The notes under the pieces: model-generated | The model's database searches: none | Told to the model about the DNA's origin: nothing | What the model saw: the letters and a program-made list of their open reading frames with translations, nothing else | In this document: one piece after another, positions 28,001-36,100 of the stretch | How the letters are laid out: each line of letters starts with the position of its first letter | How positions within the stretch are numbered: the stretch's first letter is position 1 | IMG/VR virus record: IMGVR_UViG_3300033475_000012 | Span: 1 to 64,000 of that record | Source: a virus | Taxonomy: Duplodnaviria > Caudoviricetes | Length of the DNA stretch: 64,000 nucleotides | Strand: one strand, 5' to 3' | Position numbers and translations under genes: made by a program

Positions 28001-30094
28001 CTCTTTCATTTCGGCATAACTGGTATATCCTTGCGCTACGTTAAATGGAAGTTGTTCTGCTGTGCTTACTCCCACTTTTGCTAAGGCTCCTGCTATGGTA
28101 GGATTGGCTATATTCTTTGCCTTTAGCAACGTTCCGGAAGTAATGGCCATCATCAACACATTAGGCAGAAAATCTTTTGCAGCCTGATCCGCTGTTCTGG
28201 CTGCTGCGTCGGACTCGGAGATCATATGCCCATCCTTCGTCTTTGTGGTCAAAATCTGGTTATATGTCGAAAAGGCGCTCTGAGCAGTAAACAGTCCGGC
28301 ATTAGCGAGCCAACCGATATATTCCGGCACTCCTTCACCCCCGGTAGCTACCCCTACAGCGACACCTCCTGCCAATGCAGGCACAGATGCCCCTAATTTA
28401 GATAGATAGAAATTTTTATTTAGCAAAGACTCCCACCCTTTCCAATTCCATGTAGCGGCGACATCAGATTGAGACGCTTGCGGTGCGGCTACATCTTTAG
28501 CCTCAAACCATCTTACATTGTCTCCGCCCCACCCTGTTCTACCGAAGAACCACTTAGTCATCCCTTCAATCATATCATTGGCGGAAGACTTTAACGAGCC
28601 GAAGAAAGCTCCTTCAGCCTTAGCCCTTTCATTTGCCGATCTTTTCCATGCTTCATTATTCTCAGCCCCCATTTGTTTAGCTACATCGTCTTGCTGTTTT
28701 CTATAATCTTCTAACAACTTTTTATATTGATCCTCTGGCATGGAAGCTAATCCCGGCGTTCCATCACTATAAACAGTATAAGAAGGATGCTCTTTTCTTA
28801 GTCCATCTACCAGGAATTTATCGTATTGTTTTTGGGCGTCTAAAGACACCTTATTTACCTCACTTTCATAATTATTGGTAATGGATTTTAATTCAGGGTT
28901 CTGTTCAATTTCTGCTACCATTTGCTTTCTGGCCACATCGTCCTCCATCTTTCCGTCATGGACCAACTGAGCGTATTTTTCCTGAATGTCTTTCATCATA
29001 GGACTACGCATCATAATCCCATTCGATCCGTAATATTTATCCTTTATCTGAATGTAAGATTTGTCTGCATCTACTTTAACCTTGGTCTTTACATCATTTA
29101 CATTGGCATGTGAAAAATAGTCGTTAACTTCTTCGTTGGCTTTTAATGCGGCTTGAATCTGTGGATGATCTTTAAAAAACTCAAGCGCCTTTTGTTGCTG
29201 TGCCTTTTGAATGGGAATAAGGTTTAACTGATCCAGAACCGACCTTCCAAGATCAAAATAATTCCTATTCTTTTTATCCAAATTCCCCGAAACGGCCGCG
29301 TTGACAATAGGGTTATTTCGACGATTCATTTCCGCGTCTACCTTATCAAATACCCATTTGGCAGATATGGGCCGAAGCGTATGTGTCTTAGGATCAAACT
29401 CACTGTCGTCTACTAATCCCTTTAATTGATTAGCCAATTCTGGAACCAGAGAATTCTTTTCAAATTCATAGTTTTTTTGAATCTCCCCCTGATAGAAGTC
29501 TCTTTGTGATCTCAGCTGAGCCATTCTATCCTTGTCTTCTCTCAAACCGGCTACACCCGGAACATGACTTTCCGCTCCCAGACTATATATTTGTCTGTCT
29601 AAATCTTGTTGTTTTTGCAGTAAGTATTGAGTAGATAGGCGAGAAGGTTCGTTTTGAAGTCGTTGAAGTCCTATCCCCTTATTGTTGATAAGGTCTTTAA
29701 CCAAATCGGGAGTTAGGCCATCACCCTGAACCGGACCAACATCTTTTGCAGTAAGAGAATTATTCTTAAAATTGGCCGTTGGTGGTTTCTGATCGGAAAC
29801 CGAAGTACCTACAGGTTGTTCCGTCTGAACGAGTTTCGGTGAAGAAACCGAAGGAGCAGGAGAGCCAGTATCTTCTTTTTTTTTTACGCTATCACCAGTT
29901 ATCTTTTGTTCAAAATCCTTGTATGACCCTAGATTAAACTCTTTACCAACACCATCATAGAAGGCTTTTCTTTTGGCCGGATCGGCCAACTTTTGCCTAA
30001 ACTCATCGTAGGTACCTACATTATAATCCTTAGACACAGCATCATATAAAAGTTGTGTCTTGGAAGGTGGTTGTATGTTTGTAGTGCCGCCCAT
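21998..30094 (-). CDS. giant (2698 aa) internal virion/DNA-ejection protein
   Basis: Size, helical composition, position as third of three cargo genes after tail genes. Confidence 0.65.
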   Translation of the reverse strand: MGGTTNIQPPSKTQLLYDAVSKDYNVGTYDEFRQKLADPAKRKAFYDGVGKEFNLGSYKDFEQKITGDSVKKKEDTGSPAPSVSSPKLVQTEQPVGTSVSDQKPPTANFKNNSLTAKDVGPVQGDGLTPDLVKDLINNKGIGLQRLQNEPSRLSTQYLLQKQQDLDRQIYSLGAESHVPGVAGLREDKDRMAQLRSQRDFYQGEIQKNYEFEKNSLVPELANQLKGLVDDSEFDPKTHTLRPISAKWVFDKVDAEMNRRNNPIVNAAVSGNLDKKNRNYFDLGRSVLDQLNLIPIQKAQQQKALEFFKDHPQIQAALKANEEVNDYFSHANVNDVKTKVKVDADKSYIQIKDKYYGSNGIMMRSPMMKDIQEKYAQLVHDGKMEDDVARKQMVAEIEQNPELKSITNNYESEVNKVSLDAQKQYDKFLVDGLRKEHPSYTVYSDGTPGLASMPEDQYKKLLEDYRKQQDDVAKQMGAENNEAWKRSANERAKAEGAFFGSLKSSANDMIEGMTKWFFGRTGWGGDNVRWFEAKDVAAPQASQSDVAATWNWKGWESLLNKNFYLSKLGASVPALAGGVAVGVATGGEGVPEYIGWLANAGLFTAQSAFSTYNQILTTKTKDGHMISESDAAARTADQAAKDFLPNVLMMAITSGTLLKAKNIANPTIAGALAKVGVSTAEQLPFNVAQGYTSYAEMKEAQGHPTDFFDYMQSDDFKDNVANAMIMGAGFSLIHAPGQYMHNLKNWQKLTTAEGDFKNQLSQNYALGQEMNGNGNYLRDALKLHTINIDVDGLNDEGKRQLIDLKNTLLYSTNLERNIKSGNLDRTNVNDLYQAHNLALADQHDYLSEQAQKEGNKTLAEVYKDKAKDYREQAKAAANGDAKGYYLMSSEGTPIFLSDKSFKDLESTGIIKQWMNEGTIKGAHFLDDPEFAQRYKDFVSAKGEAEISGKDLAEHGADLIEANKEKLGAFYFVAKSNPEEFFKTVSDQVHGIMRDSDGNPIKSDLPDAEKSAREQYGNDIVDMAKMLYPEAPKVESAVIKIGDKVYEGNDHGEAIEKARQAGEDVSQIDRERDGMFRTSDGRIITREEAMKEFGADHSEQLIKQGGTYAATEGKGKVGEGDQQAGGKEHPRVGAPREEEAQPPADRGNRRTDSTGQEIAPEDNITVSEMLDKKGVYKGQRGTFIQDGQTVIFKPENSNREYELGNINEVGGRSLKDFGIDTEKSVVDVSPEGKISVRGKDYVNPNEDPLKAIVHDKNGNVVAVKLETPDGQRRTFRGQVAEDLAYELTLKQISNEQPAFEQFLNENEGARKEMDNAGISVTPEGETVKVDEPVQREKIEPVKDISSPKIENDEKTEPNAPRSEGKQGGQESQGKGKGRPDGGTGKEVSGPLLTEKEGAEKSAPPAPPLPPSEPRVPKESPKDEFTSVRKERLREIKGAKELFSGRKKVKWTETYQNAMKNVLAMYPDKRLYEAMRSRVNDFVDRLNAGELFNPTSEDIAVFNVLRNETEKRMAEIPGWDSDNNLERMGAVATWATLSNDLYNIARVTNPEGETGRAMYMLQSEANIDPDEGLKLRRMELLAAKGGERLTPEELDESARLWEQERALMQKEADLKQRGMQETFDKQMADVKADYEKQLKTAREGRKLSKAEQREKTLKEKGKDFADRIRGGKMKGDQLTSVPFPGFKQTVNFVIEFIAQAVEKGATLAEAIDSFIKEHGGNKQQFTDNLLAVLDKQDMRAESFEKIKDFAENNGVMDVTNEMVGQNLIRDYINSHVGLHDANEILDVAANQLKTILPDVEKDRLLEAYLKQGDFKQMTKKQLESGFKDAKRQFDKLAKLEKDINDLKNKKDIFRRDSSKPLPEDKTIEAKERERKNLMDSMGIKITGEDKYKKSSYDQRAKSHNDRLNDISKSIEEKLSKGELSTDSEKALKKLKSQLDASGIVLDPTSALSQERTLDGGLSLLKSLQSEFNRNTSGDISKAADIRRSLQKAVDGFDTDKNESEQEIKLKRAKDKAKRDAEMYFKKIYNGEYEDEPVTVLSKTDAELLKLEREKNAIGQIYKNRQKTFQKDNKTRMRRAWEFLRGAEVAGLIGSPITFLKVAGSAVIRPTIETATKLTVGKLFEKIPTDFTKTVSERAKAGGEGSNVKQIERGWKAYLGQYSEDKIGKMYQDASDKYHKALGDFQDQEKEVNRIKYAVGKDTDEYRSAEKKLGQLQNAKNDALVNSVGYKMYDFISGKSLSEGWDVFLHRSTELERNMGNFDREAWDKRGEQALLSKRSLSDIDNWSYLINFFGRSHAALKNFSGRFSFSAGFMARLEYAVQNGVDVSKADKILELANESYQDFERGKYQESNAITDAWNSATNAVERIGTEGSKTRKLGEGLAYLMRADVAITRVPINMLYEGIMEYTLGALTGSWIAGKEYLKAKKIVLQSEWGENERAQFKKELGEQLQKMDADKAAAIVRAYRKGGFGLGIYALAVLGHAAFGGFAHKGQTAEDQKKLKRELETGVPEIKTSEIKIGDWVVPETAAKIMEHAPQLQSALFGLSLVQVYQNKIVDGESTARAVSDDALTHINHIMNSIPMIDKVAGPLAGGAIQSIQQKYASGQWQDVDQNGNPMKRKVFRPSDYLIHLPGFSKKGALSEGYYKQAVATQKAYRDQITEVETNTSLSKEEKAERRGQIMNEMNQQIDEIYRQNEENPE

Positions 30095-31543
30095 TTAAAA
30101 TCCTTGTATAGTCTTTTTAGTTGGAGTTGTTGTTTGGATAGTTCCAGAACTACTAGATTCTGTAGTTTCTTCTTCGTCATCGGCTGATGCGTTAATCTCC
30201 TTTTCTGTTGCCGAAGTTCCCAGTACGTCTTTACCGAATCTCAACTTGAACTCATCTATGCCGAATTTCTGTACATTCTGTAATTTACCTCCTTGCCCAC
30301 GAAATACGGCATATACTCTTTTGCCATCTTGACTAACCAATAGCTGATCTGGTGAATCTTCTACAGTTTTACCAACTACAGCCTTTTTCTTGGCGAAGTC
30401 TTTAAGGGTTCCGGCAGAAATAGGTAACGTATACACTACATCATCATTAATTAATCCACCCGGTATGTCTTTCGGAGCTTGACCGGCTGCAATAGCATCG
30501 TTAACAAAAGTGTCTACAATTCCATTTAATGCGCCGGTCTGATCTTTTTTGGACATACTTTTAAGATGCTCCTTATATTTGGCTAATTCTTTTTGACCTC
30601 CTAACTTCATTTCCTCCAATACCTTGTCATACCCAAACTTAACCGCCATCTGACCCAATTTGTCCTTATTCTTCATAGCCTCCAATGCAAATGGCTCTTG
30701 TTTGAATTCGGTCTTTGTGATTTTTTCGGGAGACATATACGACTTAACCATGTCGTCATAAAAAGCCTTAGCTGGATCGTTCGGATTTTTTTGTTTATAA
30801 GCATCCTGAACGTAAGCAGGCATACTATTAAACCGTTTTTGAACAGCAGATTGTATTGATCTTCCTTGCGCATCTTGTCCAAAATACATATGGTCTATAA
30901 TTCCTTGAAACCTGCTTGGATCAACTCTACTTCCGGTAACCGACTGAATAAACTTTTGATCAGGCGTCAAAGTATTACTGAAAAATGGGGTTTGAGAAAG
31001 TGTACTTGCTGTTTGCCCTATTTCTTCTGGCTTGAATAAAGAAGGCAGATCGAACGTATAATATTTTCGTTGGCCCAAAGGCTGTTTAAAAAACCCGTTG
31101 ATCATGGCCTTATTCTCATCTGTATTCAGTGTAGGGTCTCTATCCAAAAAAGAACGGTGCGCCTGATCGAAAACTTGATCCTGCGCACTCTGAGTAGATT
31201 CGCTTCTTAGTTTACCAATCGCTTGTTCTATTTCCGGCAATCCACCTTGAAAGAATTTTTTTGGGTCAGAACCTATTTGTTTGAATATAGCCGCAGCCTG
31301 TTTTTGTAGATAGGGTCGATCCGCCGAAGCCACCTCCATCCCTTGTAAATCTCCTAATTGCTTATAGACACCAGCCAGATTTTGTTGAAATAGATTGTAT
31401 TTGCGCCAATCCATTTCTGCTTTTTGTTGAGCGGCTTGATTAGCCTGCCTAGCTAAAGAAGTGTTGTCAAAAAGGACCCTAGGCGATATTTCTCCGCCGC
31501 CCGGTTCTTTAACAATGGATTCTATTTCGGATAGTGTAGGCAT
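30095..31543 (-). CDS. internal virion/ejection protein
   Basis: 482 aa, Gln/Ala-rich helices, second of the cargo trio. Confidence 0.6.
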   Translation of the reverse strand: MPTLSEIESIVKEPGGGEISPRVLFDNTSLARQANQAAQQKAEMDWRKYNLFQQNLAGVYKQLGDLQGMEVASADRPYLQKQAAAIFKQIGSDPKKFFQGGLPEIEQAIGKLRSESTQSAQDQVFDQAHRSFLDRDPTLNTDENKAMINGFFKQPLGQRKYYTFDLPSLFKPEEIGQTASTLSQTPFFSNTLTPDQKFIQSVTGSRVDPSRFQGIIDHMYFGQDAQGRSIQSAVQKRFNSMPAYVQDAYKQKNPNDPAKAFYDDMVKSYMSPEKITKTEFKQEPFALEAMKNKDKLGQMAVKFGYDKVLEEMKLGGQKELAKYKEHLKSMSKKDQTGALNGIVDTFVNDAIAAGQAPKDIPGGLINDDVVYTLPISAGTLKDFAKKKAVVGKTVEDSPDQLLVSQDGKRVYAVFRGQGGKLQNVQKFGIDEFKLRFGKDVLGTSATEKEINASADDEEETTESSSSGTIQTTTPTKKTIQGF

Positions 31544-31544
31544 T

Positions 31545-32315
31545 TTACATACGTTCCCATGGGCTTACTACAGCACCGGGAGAATAACTATTTGCATTAA
31601 TTGTACCCACATCGGCAGCAGGAGAATTAGTCCCAGAAGGGGTTGTTGTGGCTATAGACGGCGTATTGGTTGCATAAGGCGCAGAGTATTGTGGCGCTTG
31701 TTGCTTTTGTCCATACAACTGATTCAACAAGCTCTTATATTGATTCCCCTGAAATCCGGACATTACCCCAGAAGCGATAGAATCAAAAGCCCCATATTCG
31801 TTTGCCGTATCCGTTTGCACGCTTGTTTGCAACTGCTTCAACTTAGCCTCGTATGGTTGAAGTTCATTTACCGCCCATGTCTTTTCTTTTTGTTCAGCTA
31901 GTTGCTTATTTACATCCATGAAATACCGGATGTTATTCATATGAGTTTCGGCATCCTGTGCTCCTATTTTGTTGATATTGTCATTATACCCTTGCAGGAG
32001 CATGGAAATATCGTTAGGAGTAGCACCGCCCATTTCCGCAGCCTTTACTCCTGTTCCAAGTCCACGTTCGGCCCCTTGGGTCAGATATTGCATTTCAGAA
32101 TACGGCAATCCTTGTCCCGCCATCTGTTCGGCTAAATTCCGGTTCTGGAAATATTCTCCTTGAACTTGCTCGAATGGCTGTTTCAGCGCGTCTAACTGCT
32201 TTTGATCCTTATGATGAGATATGGCACCACTAATCAACTTGCCAGCGCCAACGGCCACTGTGATGCCAGATGCTACCCACGTACGCATTAATATCGGAGT
32301 GAAATCAGTTCTCAT
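31545..32315 (-). CDS. internal virion/ejection (pilot) protein
   Basis: Small-residue hydrophobic N-terminus 'WVASGITVAVGAG', Gln/Ala-rich. Confidence 0.6.
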   Translation of the reverse strand: MRTDFTPILMRTWVASGITVAVGAGKLISGAISHHKDQKQLDALKQPFEQVQGEYFQNRNLAEQMAGQGLPYSEMQYLTQGAERGLGTGVKAAEMGGATPNDISMLLQGYNDNINKIGAQDAETHMNNIRYFMDVNKQLAEQKEKTWAVNELQPYEAKLKQLQTSVQTDTANEYGAFDSIASGVMSGFQGNQYKSLLNQLYGQKQQAPQYSAPYATNTPSIATTTPSGTNSPAADVGTINANSYSPGAVVSPWERM

Positions 32316-32787
32316 TTTTGACTGATTTTAGTTTAGGTCTTTTTTCAATAATCTCATCTTCGATCATATCTACCGCATCTTTTAACGCTTCGGGACTATC
32401 ATCAACGGGCATTATATTGGTAGGATGACAGGTAGCAAATAAGCAATTTTCTTCAATGTATAATATTCGACGCGTTCCCGGTTCGGTAATCCCGAGATAC
32501 GGGGCCTCCACTCTTTCCCACTTTTTCCCATTTACTTGTATCCAAGCTATCCCAGCTAGAACAAAAAATTGATGGCGGGAACGATGTATCTTGGACACAA
32601 TAAGATCACCAGCTTTCATTAGGATCGTACGAGAATACAATCCGGGCGTGAACACATGCTGTAAAGGACAATCAGCCGGGGGATATTCCGACATCTTTAA
32701 TTCCAGTTCATCTATCCTATCATGATAGGATTTATCTGAAGCCAGAATTTGATCAAAATCTTGTATGGAAACGTTTGCAACTTCCAA
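32305..32787 (-). CDS. cupin-fold protein
   Basis: 'HVFTPGLYSRTILMKAG...SKIHRSRHQFFVLAG' cupin motif with His ligands. Confidence 0.7.
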   Translation of the reverse strand: MEVANVSIQDFDQILASDKSYHDRIDELELKMSEYPPADCPLQHVFTPGLYSRTILMKAGDLIVSKIHRSRHQFFVLAGIAWIQVNGKKWERVEAPYLGITEPGTRRILYIEENCLFATCHPTNIMPVDDSPEALKDAVDMIEDEIIEKRPKLKSVKNEN

Positions 32788-32799
32788 TTGATCAATTTG

Positions 32800-33144
32800 T
32801 TAGGTTAATGTATCAAAAACAAAGTTACCGCTGTTGATAAAATTAGTCAAAAAGCTCGATATATCGCTGGAAAATGTTGAGAATGCGGGTCTTAATTGAA
32901 GCAAAAGCACCGAAACCGGCCCCGGATTGACCTGCAAAACAGTGTACCCAGCAATATTCCCGTCTACCGTCCGGATAGCATAAGGTATAGTCCCTGGCAC
33001 TACTTGGGAGGTCTGACTTTGGACATAGGCTTGAATAGCAAACCCGTCCTGATCTTTTACGGCAGGGATATTCGCTCGGGAATCGGCGATCACTCCCCAC
33101 ATGAGACTTTGGTAATTGTCTGCGTATGTCAGATTGTATGTCAT
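32800..33144 (-). CDS. hypothetical, possibly degenerate GNAT fold
   Basis: 'NIAGYTVL', 'LQLRPAF' resemble GNAT strands; Q/RxxGxG absent. Confidence 0.45.
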   Translation of the reverse strand: MTYNLTYADNYQSLMWGVIADSRANIPAVKDQDGFAIQAYVQSQTSQVVPGTIPYAIRTVDGNIAGYTVLQVNPGPVSVLLLQLRPAFSTFSSDISSFLTNFINSGNFVFDTLT

Positions 33145-36100
33145 TTCTTCGCTGTTCCGCTTTGGGTGTATAGATATTCGACGCTCTGCAATTCCGAATA
33201 AACGCCTGCCTCATGGGGTACAAACCTACAGATAAAATACCGGCCAAATACTCTTTTACCCGCCGTATCGGTCAATGTGCTTCGATATAGCTTGTCGTCA
33301 TTCGTGTTCGGTTGGGGGTAACTTGCCGTATTCCGGAGCACCGGCGCATAATACATATTCTCTTTCCGTTTAAAATAGTTCCAAGGGATATAAGAAAATG
33401 ATCCAGATTCTTCCGATGAAATAGCGTCTACCCTATAACCGTCATACACCGAATTAGGAGAGATGTTTTCCAGCACCTTTATAAACTCCTTGTCGGCATT
33501 CAAGACCCCATGAAAACAGGGGGTAACTTGTACGCCATAAAAGATACAGTACATCGGATTATCTGTATTATTATGGATATATGGGATACCTGCCGCAAAG
33601 GATAGTAATTCAAGTCCACTCTGCGACCCCTTCAACATTCCATAAGATTCTGGCGTCTGGCCAGTGAAACGGACGAATCTTTTTGATGGAAGATTGTAAA
33701 TGATAGTTTCTTGATAAGCTAAGTTTACGTTCTGTTGGTTGTTCACATAGGACAAAGGATTATTGGAATTATTCCTTCTTGGCCGGAAAGTGATATATAT
33801 ATTATCCAGATCGGAATCAATACCAGCCATTACGTCAAACTTTTCAGGCATACTATGACTGTTGTTCCAGTTTTTTAATGTCTGTGTTTTCTTGCTAAAG
33901 TATGCTTTTATGAAACCTTCTTTCACTAAGTCAACGGAAGGACCCCATCCCATTTGAATAAAGGCTTCATTCTTGTAATCGAACCAAAAAACAAACTTAT
34001 CGTGGAACAGGATAGTTCCCGTATCTTCATAAGCACAACCAAATGCATCTCCTATCTTTTGATGAGGCAACCCTAGGTTATTATCCAGATTGGCTATTTG
34101 AATACCTTGGGCATTGGCATAAATATATTGATAGTTATAGTCAGTAATGAAGTAGTCATTCTCGCAAATGAACGCAACCAAATTCCTAAGCGCCTTGACA
34201 GCAACTATTCCGCCCGACTTGAAGTCTTTGAACACCTTTCGGTTAGTAGAACGGAATGTGCCTATGCCATTAAGGATTCCTTCACTTATAAAGTCATCCG
34301 ATTTTATAGACTCATCAACATACCAAATTTGTTTTGCGTTGTCATTCTTAACGTTTTCTCTGCCGCCGCTGGTAATGTTTGATCCGAAGGTGTCGCTTAT
34401 ATTAGGACTTTCGAAAGGATGAGAAAAAAACTTGTCTCCTACGTTAGGTATAGTTATGTTTCTAGGATAAAGATAAGTATCCCAAAAGTTAAGATTTAAC
34501 TGAGTGTAATAATTATAAACCGGCAGGTTGCTGCTGTAACCAGTAAAATCACATATTCGCCCGTTAACTATCGGATAGAACCCTCCATCTTCTCTGTAAA
34601 TTAAAGTGTCGGATTGCAATGAAGGAGTATATAATTCAATCCAAAATCCGGTACTATTAATTAACTTATTTAACCTTGGATCATATAAGACATATAATGT
34701 GATCGATTGATTGTTTTGCTGGGTTGCCAGTGATATAGTAGTCGTAACCGTCCCACTAGTCACACTTGTAGATGCGGATGTCCCAAGATTATTATTGACT
34801 ATAGGAACGGTACTATTGTTTGGCAACAAGTTGGAATTGATAGCGGCCTGATTGTAATTTTGGCCTAAAATACGAAGGTCAATAGGATTACCTGTGAGTA
34901 GGTTCCCATTACCATCATCTAAAAACAATATCCTATCTCCTAAAGTGAATTGATAATTAGCTAACGTCGAGAAATTTCTGGACAAATTGTAGTTGTATAG
35001 GCTATTGATAGTTATACTACAATATACGGCGCTGGAAACATCGGTCACCACATTACCACTGTTGTCAATATAGATTATGCTATCTCCCACCCATTGCAAG
35101 TAACTTTTTTCTCTCAGGTTCTTGCTAACTACCGGGCAGGCCCATTTAAAATCCGGATTGATCGTTCTAAAATCGAATGTAGAGTCAATAAGCAATTGAA
35201 GAAAAGTTGCTGCCGTGTCTTGCCTTTCAGTAAAAGATGTAACTGTAGCTACTCCAACAACATTAACAAAACTCATTCTTCCGGCCAAATCAGCCACCAA
35301 CAAACCTCCTGAATAAGCTCCGCCATCTTTCAATGACATCTGGCTATAATTCTGTACCTGAATCAATAAGTTTAATGGTATAGGATAATTTCTAACCTGA
35401 CAATAAACACAAGGCGCATTAGATTCGTCATAATGGTATAATGGTAAATATCCACATCCGGTTAAAGTAATAAGGAAGTTTCCACCGGCATTCACATAAA
35501 CATTGCTTACTCTCGGTTGAGACTGACCATTATGAATAATCAACGTAAATGTACCATCACTTCCGCTTACTACGGTTGCCCCGTCTTTAATTGATATAGA
35601 TATGTCTGAATAATTTATAGTTCCATCCAAAGACGTAACTTTCCCTGTATACAAAACCCGGTTGCAATCTCCAACAACGCCGTTATTATGATCGGCCAAA
35701 TAAGCTGTACCATTTATCCTATATCCCTCTCCTGCCTGACTTGTTTGGATATTGAAACTGACAGGATAAGAACAATTCAACCGAATGGTAAAATAAATAT
35801 CACTAACGTCTGCGTGAGGCCCCCTATAAGAACCGAAATAAAATCCATTTTTGTCCGTAAATCCTCCTATGACATTGAAACCTTGGGTCATGGTATAAGG
35901 AAACATCTCTACGCCAATAGGCGATCCTTGACTTTCCTGAAAATACCCTTCTATAAATCTCCATGACCCGGCACTAATGAATGGGCAATACACGTAAAAC
36001 AAGTCCTCTCCGTTTCCCCAAACATCCACATCGCCAGAAGTACAGTCTATTTCCATCTCTTTAGACTGAGTAACTATTGTTCCTTGTTTTTGTGGGTTTA

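Noticed and set aside
21998-30094. Giant protein as a virion RNA polymerase subunit
   Set aside because: No DxDxD motif found on reading; only DxD pairs such as IDVDG and RDSDG.
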